From Trichosphaerium sp. ATCC 40318 (taxonomy: Eukaryota; Protista; Tubulinea): 64,000 nucleotides of DNA. The notes beneath the pieces were generated by a model that was given only the letters and a program-made list of their open reading frames with translations, was not told the origin of the DNA and did not search any database. Position 1 is the stretch's first letter; the number at the start of each line of letters is the position of its first letter. Below are positions 53,695 to 64,000 of the stretch, in pieces. The stretch covers positions 715,601-779,600 of the forward strand of contig JALMLS010000507.1 in the NCBI GenBank assembly GCA_038496445.1. Reading direction: 5' to 3'. The translations under genes and the position numbers were made by a program.

Positions 53695-54588
53695 ATATTA
53701 TCAAAGTTGCGTGCTTCGAAATCCTCGGCTGACACTTTTATCCTATTAGCTTGTGAGCCAAATTACGCCCTTGGATTATTGAGTGTACTTGAACGTTTCC
53801 TTGATAGGAAAGAAACAGTATGCGCTATTAGCAAATTTGCGAGGGTAAGAGAACTTGCTGTTCTTCTTCCTGAACTGGCAGCTGCGTTAGCATTTGATCA
53901 AATTTTTGTGTTCTACCTGTAATACTAACTTTCCATTGTTAAAGTACCAATACCCGTACTTGGATAGCTGAGAGTCACCAGATGTATCTATTAAAACTTT
54001 AATAACTTAAGCTCATGCATTATCTGTCTATAGACTGGTGCGGTCGTACTTATGGATCTTATTTGTAGCGAGCAAGAACACTCCCTGTCAAGTGTTAAAA
54101 CGACGCGATTGCCAGGGTCGTTAAAGCCCCATTCGAGACCTTTTTGCGGACAAATAGCTGCCGTACTGGCAAACTGATCATGCGAACTCTTCCAAAAATG
54201 TGGAACCTAAACACACATGTCATTACAGTATTGAAAGATAAAAATAACAATCTATTTTTTGTACTACCTGCTTTTTTTGTTTGTCCTCTGTGATGAACTC
54301 AAATGCGGTCGTAAACCTGGCAGAGCAAACGCGCTAATAGTTGATTAACATAAAACCAGCTTTTGTAAATCAATAGAAAGTGTTATACGCAATACTTACT
54401 CGCCAGAATGCTGGTACTGTTGTCAGCAGTTTGCGAAAATAACGATTTGTTTGAGCAAATCTAATGACTATAAACGCGTTAGGAAACTCTTTCGCAACAT
54501 TAAGACGAGTACGCGTATTAACATCAGCCACTCTAACAAAAACGAATTGCCAAATATCCGTTGGTATTACATCAGTAGCCACTTGCAT
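53695..54588 (-). CDS. F-box-like protein
   Basis: IPTDIWQFVF...FAQTNRYFRKL...FWR; 3' end approximate. Confidence 0.5.
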
Positions 54589-54750
54589 TGCCTCTGAAAA
54601 TCAGTAGATCGTTTTTGCGCGTTTTACGTGGGGATTAATGTAAATACTGATTTGACTTAACGTGTTGTTTAAACTTGACAACTTTTTTCCGTATTTTTTT
54701 TTCAGTTATGATTGTACACAAAAAAGCGTATGGCACATTTTTTTTTTTAT

Positions 54751-57700
54751 TTACTTAAAGCGATACATGACTGGAGGGGTCTTTACAGGCTCATCATCTA
54801 CACAGCAAGCAACAGCCAAGAGTAAGTAATCTTGGTCAACTTTTCCGAAAGTGTCAGCATACACATCGCTTAACTTTCTCTTAAAGTCACGTTCTATCTG
54901 CTCTTTTTGTGCAGGCATAGGAAAGCTCAAGTAGAGCGCTCGGCCCTTACCTGCCTTGATCTCTGCCTCAGACAGGTTCCTACGAGAGATTGTGAGTTTT
55001 TTCATAGTAATGTTTTTGTTTTTGTTTTGGAACGTACATTTTGTTGATGCTGTCCACTTTCACGCCGTGGTGAATTTCAGGAATGGCCTTAACAAATTCT
55101 TCAACAGTAAGATCACCTTTATCCACTACAATTTTGTCCCAGCAAGTAAAACCTTCTGGTACAGGCTTAACAGTGCACATCTCAATGTCAGAGTATTCTT
55201 CTTTCTCCTTAATGGCATTGTCTGGCTCAAACAACTACACAACTTCTGGTTAGTCTATTATTATAATTAAAAAAAAAGTAACGTTTACCTGATAGGTAGA
55301 AGTTCCAAGATTGATGTTTGCACACACGAGCTTCTTTTTGTCTAGTCCCAAAACGAGTTTGTACATTTCAATTTCTACTAGCCCTGTGATCATTGCTGTG
55401 GTAGTAGCAACGGCTGGAACGATCTTGCCAGCAATCATCTTACACTGGTGTCTTGAAGCAGCTTCAATTTCATAGTTGAGTGCTACACAGCAATGTTAGA
55501 AGGACCAAAAAAAGCTTGATCGTAATGTTGTAATTTACCTCGCATATTGGAAGCAGCTGTGATAAAGTCAATGTGAAAGTTTGTGTCATCATCTTTTTCA
55601 AAATCGGCAGGAACAAGTTTCTTCATTGAAGAGATGTCTATCTTAGCAAGGGATTTTGTTAGCTCTTCTAGTACAACTTCATCGTCTTCTTCTTCAGGCT
55701 CAGCTACAACAGGGGCTACCCAAAATTATTAGTACGAAAACTGGCTAGAATTTTTTTGTAATAAACAAACACACCATCTTTGCCTTGCTCCTTTGCTACT
55801 TCGCTCTCGAGTGCTGCAAGTGCCTTTTTAGATGGCTCCCACGCCTTGGCTTTCAGTGACATGCTTTGTACAGCAGTTTTGAAGGCATCAATTTTAGTTA
55901 TTTGTTCAACACCAAAAACGGCAGCAAATAAATTAGCTGTGCAATGGAGGTAATTGAGGTGTAATTCGGAGTCAACAGAAAATTCAGCCACTGTTGGGAA
56001 CTTTTTGGCACTGCAGATAAACGTTAGTAACCCAGTAAGTACAATTTCAGCTCTCTTTTTTTTTTGCTGGGAGTAGACTTGTGCACATACCCTGACCAGA
56101 AAGGACCGGCATCAGCTCCATCTTTTGTTTTCTTTCGTGCATCGGCTGGGAATGCATGAATAAGATCTTTGATACGGTTGCGGTATTGCTGGGTGAATTC
56201 ACCAAACGCCATTTCTATGCATTTGTTGTAATTCATTGATTGCACTTTGGTGATCATATCTTGGATGGCCTAAATCCGATTTTTAGTTTTTTGAAACGTG
56301 ACAGAATTAAACCAAAAAAAAAGAAAATCACACCTGTAGTCGCTCAACACGTAAGCCGGTTGTGCCTTCGCTCTGCAATCCTTTGATGAATGCAGCAGGG
56401 CCTGCAATGTAAGAGTTGAAATCTTGTGCAGGAACCTCAAAGAGATCTGTGAATTGCGCTCTAGCCCACTCAATACAGTGATCGATCAAATGAGGGAAGT
56501 TTCTGAGTGTACACATTGGAATGGTATCTTCCTCATCTAAACCATTTTGTTAATGAATGTTCGTTCCAGTGTAACAATCGAGGTGAAAACCGTACCAGCG
56601 TCCTTGTGCTGACTGTATGAAGGTGTGAGGTGAGGAATAATAATTTCTGTATTTGCTTTGGTGCCAAGTGTACCGGATTCCATCAACGGTTTACCAAAAA
56701 ACACGATCTTGGAGTCTGTGTATCTGGAGAAAAAAAGTTTAGTATTCTTTAGGATTGATTGTGCAAAGTGTGTAATTCTTACTGTCGCGCCTTGACATTG
56801 TCAAGTGCATTGCACACACCATCGAGATCGGTCCAGAAAGCGTCGTTAAAGACGTTTTCTGTATCAGGGCCGACTGGAGTCTCGTGGCATTTTATTGTCA
56901 TATCAGGGTTCATTACACGCGCACGGTTGCTGGCACATACAGATTTTGCTTGTGTGACGTTTTCTTTGCGGAATAAAAATTGTCTAAAATAATCAATTTA
57001 GGAACTTTTGGATAAACTCAAGTAGTATTACGCACCTGTTGAGGTTGGATACTTCAATTGTGTCCATATCAGTAACAGTAACATAACCACCTTTTGCACC
57101 AAGACCCATCAAAGCAAAGCCCTTCAAGTATTCACAACCTGAAAATAATTTAATACGTATAAAAAAAACGTGATAATAATAATAAAAAAAGCAAAAGTTA
57201 AATTACAACGTACCCAAAGCGCCACAGCCAACGAGAAACCATTTTTGTTTAAACAACTTATCTTGGAACGCGCTACCGAAAATAGAAATTTGATGGTCGT
57301 AGCGTGAACCTTGTGGCGTTGCATCTGCAGGCACTTCGTCCTTGAGCAATTCATAGAAGTCGACGTATAACCACTGGTGTAGTGGCATGTACTTTCCCCA
57401 TTTTTTTACAATCTCTTGAGCAAGTAGACCACCCAAAAACGCTAGAACAACTCGTTTAGCCAACATTACAATGCAAGGTGCGTTTCAAAATAATAAGAAA
57501 TAAATTAAAGGCTAACGTACCACACAAGCCAGATAACTCAGCAGCGGCATACAAAGCCATCTTGCGCACTGCATCCTCATCAATGGCCTCAACAACAATA
57601 GCTGTGCCTTCTTCCTTCGCTTTATGTTCCTCAAGAGTGGATTTTGCAATTTCTACACATTTCTCAGCATCCTCCTTGGAATGGAGTTTTGGCAAAGCAT

Positions 57701-60700
57701 TGTTGGCTTCATAAAATTTCCACAAAGCGATCTAAGGGTTGAGTAAGAACTTAGCGCGTAAATTATCTTTGGGTCGTCCAAAGGCAGTTGAAAAAAAAAA
57801 ACCAAAACGGGGAAATATCTGAAATAATACATACCCTTGCAAAGTGAAGCTGGTCAGCTCTAAACCCAAACATCTTTTCGTTCTCAGGGTGTTTAAGGCA
57901 GAACATATCGCTCTTAGTCTTTGGAGCAACCTTTACAAATTAATTAGTCAATGTTTTTTTCACAAACATGAGAAAAGGGTTTTGGTACATACAAGTGATT
58001 CTTCAAGCGATTTGAACTCCAATGAATCTTGTTGTTTGAGCTGCGTAATGAGGCCATTCTTTACCCAAGTACCTGCTGGCTTAGAATCCAGTAGGACCTT
58101 GAATTTTTGTGTTTGTAACACAGTGCGGACTTTCTTTGGGTCTTTATTTGGGATTGTTTTGTACACACGGTGCGCTTTGACGCTTGGCAAGGCATTCAAT
58201 TCAGGCAAACCTAAACATTTCAATTAGAAAATGTAAACCCTTGACAAGAGTCGTGTATACGCGCACCATCAACTTCCTTGAAAGAAACTAAGTCGTCTTC
58301 ATCAAGTTTGTGTTCATCAGCCACAACGGTTACAAGAAGTTCCCAAACTGTTTTCTTTGCTTTTTCTTCGCTGCCTTCCACATCGACCTCAATCTCTACC
58401 TGCTTTGGCTCGGAGATGTGATCAACAACATTCACTCTTTAACCAAACAAGTCAGCGTTTATAATAAATAAAATAAAATAAAATTAAAAACCCACAAAAA
58501 TAAAGACCATTGTTATTACCTTGCAGGTTCACCGTTAGGATCCTTAACAGTATGTTCTGGACCATAGTCGGCAAATATAGAGCATGTAACACCATTGGTC
58601 AAGCCCATCAAAAATAAAATTGGTGTTGGCTGTGAATGACAGAATTTGTTCCAAGCCTTAAGCTTGCTCAAAGGAACTTCGGATGTAACAACAACAGCGC
58701 CAAAGTTTGCAAGGTACTCTTCAGTAATTTCGTCTTCCATTACAGTGACATCAACGTAAGGATTAAGCTTTGAAAGCTCACCAATACAACACAAAGACCT
58801 AATAACGCCTTAATTATATTGAAAAAAAACCACCCAAAAGGTGTTAAACTGTCATTTTAAAAATAATTCGTTTTTTTGTAATTTTACTCGTGCAAGCATG
58901 AAAAAGAATTCACGAGAAAATGAAATCCGCGTACCTCTTTTTACCAACAGAGTCCTTGTCCAGGTAAAAATTTGTACCAAGATCGGCAATTGTGACCGTT
59001 TCGTTATCGTGAATAGTGACAGCGTTTGGTCCTGCCAGAATCAAGTTCTTTGCCGTCTCGATACCAACGCCTTGAAGCACGTAAGTAAAAAAGCAGGTTT
59101 AGAATTCTGTGAACAAGAAAAGAAAAAAGGTTGGGAGTGTGTAAAGACCCTTTTTTTTTTTTTTTTTCCCTTAGAGGGGCGATGAAGCGCATTGACGCAA
59201 GATGTATTCGCCTAAACGAAGCGCCAACACGTCACGTTATTTTTTAGTTTGCTGATCGTGCTATTTGCGCTCAAAGCTCCGCTCAAGATTGATTAATACT
59301 ATAAATACCTTTAACTCCAACAATAAGAACTCGGAGAGTCATTAGATTCTTCATAGTCTCAACACCTACAAATAAAAGTCAGGTTGGTTGTTTAAAATCA
59401 CAAAAGTAAGCGTCGTTAGGTATAACACGCGTTTGTACGCACCGAACGTTCCGATTTGGCGTGAGTACAGGTCCATCTGTTTAGTGGCCTTATTTTCATC
59501 AAAAGCTGCTTCACCGTCCATATCTGCAACACTTAAATTAGATTTTCACTACGAGGAGCCTTTGTGTTTTTTTAAATGTTGAATTATAAAAATAATTTTG
59601 CGCAACTAAAAAATCTGACTGAAAAAAAAAAAAGCGAGCAACCCGCAATATTTTCAAAATGGTGAAGGTTAAAACGACAGAGACGTTGAAACGTTGTTTC
59701 TTGTTAGCGATCGAGGCGACTGGACTGTCAAATGACGACAAGAAGCTATTCACACAAAGTAAAAGTTTAGATGCTGTAGATCATCGCGTTTTGGTGCGGC
59801 TGAGCAAAGTACTACAAAGAATGAAGGGTTTGGAATCAGGAACCCCAATTTTTGTACATGAGCTTTTAGCCGCTTCTAAATTGGTATTGCAGAGTAAAAA
59901 ACGCGTAAAGAAAGCGGTAAGTTATTTTCGTTCGAATTATACTTTGGTTTTTTTTCCTCTTTTTTTTTTTTTTTGTCCATGTAATTTTTTAATGGTTGAT
60001 CAAGAACCCGGAATTTCGAAAGTATATGGAAGGTGTACGCGCAAGGGTACAAAATAAACAGTATGCATCATTAGTACAGGATGTGACATGGACACAAAAA
60101 GAAACTGTGGTCTCCGAAATGAAGGAGTTAAAACAGAGCGCACAGCAATTTAAAGTCGGTCTCAATGTGATTTTGACTGTGTTCACATTGTTTGCTGTTG
60201 GGTATTTTATCTTTGGTTACGCACGTGGAAGACCAACACAAGTAAGGGCAATTCCCACCTCTTTTTTTTTTTTCCCAATTTGAATAATTTTTTTAAACGT
60301 TCAACATTATTTTCTGCAAGTTTGTAATGCTAAAAATCCTGTGTTGGCAACATGCATTTGTGTATTTTTTGATGTTTTCACAACATTTTTTTTTTGTATT
60401 GAGGAGAAAAAGACTCAAAATGAAAGAACAGTTGGTTTGTCGTGATGTAACTGCATGTAGGGGTTAATAGCAGGCACTTTACTCAGTATAACGGGCTTGT
60501 TTGTTGAAATGTGGTTATTTGTCATCAGAGGCGGTAAAATTGACGCTGCGGTGAAAAAACGGGAGAAGATAGCGCGTGACGCGAATTATACGCCTTTTAC
60601 CCGTCCGCGAATAAAGGACGAGTAAAAACGGAGGCCAATAGATTGCCCACTAACAGTAAAAGCGTTTTGTTGGCTTGGTTACACGAAAAGTTTTAAACAA

Positions 60701-60884
60701 ATAAAAAAAAGTTGAAATTTGATTGATTGCGCTTAAAGCAATTTTCTTTGCGTTTTCAGGCCTTTCGAACGTCAGAAGTACCTGGTTTTGCCTTCTTGGC
60801 CGCGTGATCAGCGTTTTCTTCTGTTCGTTTTCTTTTAGTTCCTTGGGTGACCCCATCTATCTCCATATGATCTACAGAAGCCAT
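54751..60884 (-). CDS. UBA1: Ubiquitin-activating enzyme E1
   Basis: [66 protein letters not shown], catalytic [46 protein letters not shown]; core starts at ATG 59521, with an upstream NLS exon at 60782-60884. Confidence 0.93.
59659..60625 (+). CDS. VMA12: V-ATPase assembly factor Vma12/TMEM199
   Basis: [36 protein letters not shown], two C-terminal TM helices ([20 protein letters not shown]; [23 protein letters not shown]). Confidence 0.8.
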
Positions 60885-61061
60885 GTTTGATGGTACGAAA
60901 ACAATTTGCTTTGCTCGTGGTATTCCAGGCAGAGAAAAAAAAAAAAGGTGGGAAAAAAATTGCCAACCAAAATCCAAAAAAACAATTTGTTGAAGTTTTG
61001 AGTTTCTCTTTGTAACAACATTGGGTTGAGGGGTAGAATATACGCGTAACGCTTCCGTAAC

Positions 61062-63364
61062 ATGTTTCTTTTACGTGGCAGAGTTATGCGACCGCATGTG
61101 AGGTACCACACGCAATTTAATTTTTTTTTTAATACGCTTTAATTGTGCATACGCTTTGTTTAATTGTTGTAATAGTAATTTACGCGTTAAAGTACCAAAC
61201 CGTCATCATGCTCAGTTAACTTCGACTGCCGTACGAGGACCCTTCAGTTTTACGGCTATGCAGGTATGGAATGATATCGCATGATTATACGTGTCTGACA
61301 GGCGATAAGGTTCGCAGGCGTACCAAGAAGATGTCACCGGCAAAAAAGAAGTATGCGCACGCTAAAAGAGGTAATTTTTGCGTCAACCATTCAGATTCCA
61401 GCAGAAGCAAAAATTTTTCTTTTGTTTTTTTTTTTTTTTTTTTTTTGGATGAATCCATTGTTGTGTTTACAATGTATTTAACAAGCGAATCGCTTTTTTG
61501 TCGTTTGCTTATAAAACAAAACCTATCCGAGTCGTTCCATTTACTCATCGTTTTGTTCATCTCTAGTGGAGGCTTTGAAACGTTTGGAGGCTGTAGGGAA
61601 AATTGACGATGACGAAAGGGCGATTTCCTCGTTCATTGGGATCCACAGTAGAGTAAGGGACTTTGATATTGCGTACGAGCACATGCTGCGTCTTGGGCGT
61701 ACTTCACTTCCGTTATACAACTTCATGGCTAACATAGTCAACACAAAAAATGATGCTGAAAGGCTTATAAGCCATATGCCCAAACGTGATGCCGATGGCA
61801 TGTTCTTCACCACCTTGCTACGAAGTATTCTCGGTTTTAAAGACGGCAGCGTTGATGACTTGGATGTGTTAACAAAGGTACTCGGTGACAATGGATACAC
61901 TATCCCGTCAAACATGGTTTTAACGTCAATGATCTCTGAGTATGCGAATAATGGGCGAGTGGAAAAAGCCAAGAAGCTTTTTAACTTGATTCGGTTTCGC
62001 AAAATTAGGCCAGACGTAATTCTTTACTCTGCAATGATCGTTGCTGCTGGGATAGAGAGCATAGCTGATGCGGAGAAGTATTTGAAAGAGATGCTCAATG
62101 ACAGGGTTGAACCAGACGTTGCTACATACAAAGCACTGTTACATTCTTATGTGCGCGACAGCACAGAGGCTAGGCACGTGTTGAATTTGATGCGAGATGT
62201 TGTGTATGCTAAGAAGGGGATTGATCATGCTTGTTTAACACGTGTGTACCTTATAAAACTTTACATGAGGCTTGGTACGCTTTTACAGACTCTTATGCTA
62301 TGAATGGAATGATCATTTTTTTTTTTTTTTTTTTTTGTAATATTTGTATTTTTTTTACCACTTACCTAAATTAACAAACTAGGTCGGCAGAGTGATGCGT
62401 TGAAGTGTGCGAAAGAAATACACAACAAACGGATGCTTCCTGATACAAATGGGTACAACGATATTCTTGGTGTGTTGGCCCATTTCAAGCAAATTGAGAG
62501 GATGCGTGGAACGTACCAGTTGATGTTGACACGAGGCGATATGCCCAACTGTTATACATACGCAAGCCTCATTTCAGCGTGTGCATCGGTTAAAATGTAC
62601 AGCGAGGCTGTTGCTTATTATGAAGACATGGTCAACATGGATATACAAGCTGATAGCGTGGTGTACAATTGCCTGTTTCGTATGCTCAGGTCACAATATG
62701 CAGCTGGTGATCCTGCTGACGTCAAGCCACTTAACCAAGCTGTAGAATTCGTGCAAATAATGAAGGACAAGTCCGTCAAATTAGATGTAGTGACATTTAC
62801 AGAGGTTTTGACTATTCATGGTCTTCTTGGTGATTCGCAGGCTGCACAAGCGACCTTGGATGAGATGAACGCAGCTGGCATTCCTCCAACAGTTGAGCAT
62901 TACACAGCATTGATGGACATTTTGTCCAAAGACTTTCCACATGCTGCACTTGATACATACTACACTATGACCAAGGCTAATATTGAACCAACTACAGATA
63001 CGTTTTATGCTCTCATACGCACCTACATTACTGCTGGAGACATGGACGGAGCAATGGGAATACACAATGATATGAAGCGGAGTGACCATTCTCTACCTGA
63101 TACTAACAGTTACTTTATGTTGTTTAAAGGTTTTGAAAAAGAAAAACGGTACAAGGAAGCTTTTCTTTTGGTTGAAGAGATGAGAAAAGAGCAAGTAAGA
63201 GTATCTTTTGAGTTCCAATCTCATATTGACGACTTGGTACAATTAGTTTGTGTTTACATTTTTTTGTTAATGTTTTTTACAATTAGAAAGCTGGCAGCAC
63301 ATTAGACCAACATCAACCTTTTGATACCAAAACATTGGACTTGGATTTGGATTATGTGTATTAA
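61062..63364 (+). CDS. Pentatricopeptide repeat (PPR) protein, probably mitochondrial
   Basis: Multiple 35-aa repeats (PDVILYSAMI, PDVATYKALL, PNCYTYASLISAC, PTVEHYTALM); Arg-rich N-terminus MFLLRGRVMRPHV splices in frame through two short exons. Confidence 0.88.
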
Positions 63365-63845
63365 ATTGTAAATAACTGTAAAATAAAGTACAAACTGTGT
63401 TTGAAACATACAAGATAATGCAAGATAGATATACTTACTGTAAGAATGTGTATTTGGTCAATGTATCTTCTTTATGTGTATATAAAATAAAAGTAGTTGT
63501 GACTTTTGCTTGTACAATAAAATTCTGTCTTTATTAGGAATGTACACAATATGAATTCTATTCACTGATAATGTACACAGTTACAAGATATTTGTGTTTA
63601 CATCAGCAAAAACCTTGTTGTAAGTAGTTCAATGAACAAACTTCCTTACATATTGCTTTATGATTCAAATCATGTAAATTCATCAAATTGGTTTTCCATT
63701 CATAATGTTTGTCATTAAAAAAATATCCCTAAGCCTTAAATAAAAGTATTATATGATGCACATCTTTGTTTATATCTCATGTTTGTAACAAAACTATCGG
63801 AAACAGTAATACACAGTTAATTTCAACAATAAGCTACACAAATGT

Positions 63846-63978
63846 CCTAATCCTAACTCTAATAGGTAGGGTTGTAAACCTAACCCTAGCCCTAATAGGA
63901 AGTTAAGGACTAAACTTTAATTTAAGTCAACAATAAAATAGCAATCGCTAGGGCTACAAACCTAACCCTAACCCTAAA
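63846..63978 (+). repeat. Degenerate (CCCTAA)n telomere-like repeats
   Basis: cctaatcctaa, cctaaccctagccctaa and cctaaccctaaccctaa tracts in an AT-rich noncoding stretch. Confidence 0.6.
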
Positions 63979-64000
63979 TTACAGATTGTAATTAGTATTA

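Noticed and set aside
1-64000. Alternative genetic code, pseudogenes or prokaryotic operons as the cause of short ORFs
   Set aside because: Frames are restored by short GT-AG introns under the standard code; TAA, TAG and TGA all serve as terminal stops
63846-64000. Actual chromosome end
   Set aside because: Repeats are short, degenerate, wrongly oriented and followed by non-repeat sequence

Overview
AT-rich, gene-dense eukaryotic nuclear DNA, probably from an amoebozoan-type protist. This is inferred from gene content (Clu-LRR, Zn2Cys6, coactosin-like and formin genes), not proven. Genes are split by many very short spliceosomal introns (about 40-60 nt; GTACG/GTAAG donors, CTAAC-like branch points), so the ORF track shows only exon fragments. 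Manual splicing gives about 24 genes, and CDS coordinates below are whole-gene spans including introns. No rRNA, tRNA, CRISPR or autonomous mobile element is evident. The main oddities are: (1) a VIT-vWA-TPR-DUF2135 protein carrying, in frame, two histone-H3-tail-like motifs and an almost complete diverged histone H4; (2) a membrane-tethered bHLH-ZIP factor with SREBP/ATF6-like cleavage motifs and a cysteine-rich lumenal domain; (3) a Vma12/TMEM199 gene nested antisense in a long first intron of UBA1 that separates an NLS exon from a second start codon; (4) several unusual fusions (myristoylated EF-hand sensor-PKA-like kinase, SAM-ATE1, WD40-formin, Clu-LRR-ADF-H). All domain calls are by-eye motif recognition without database searches.
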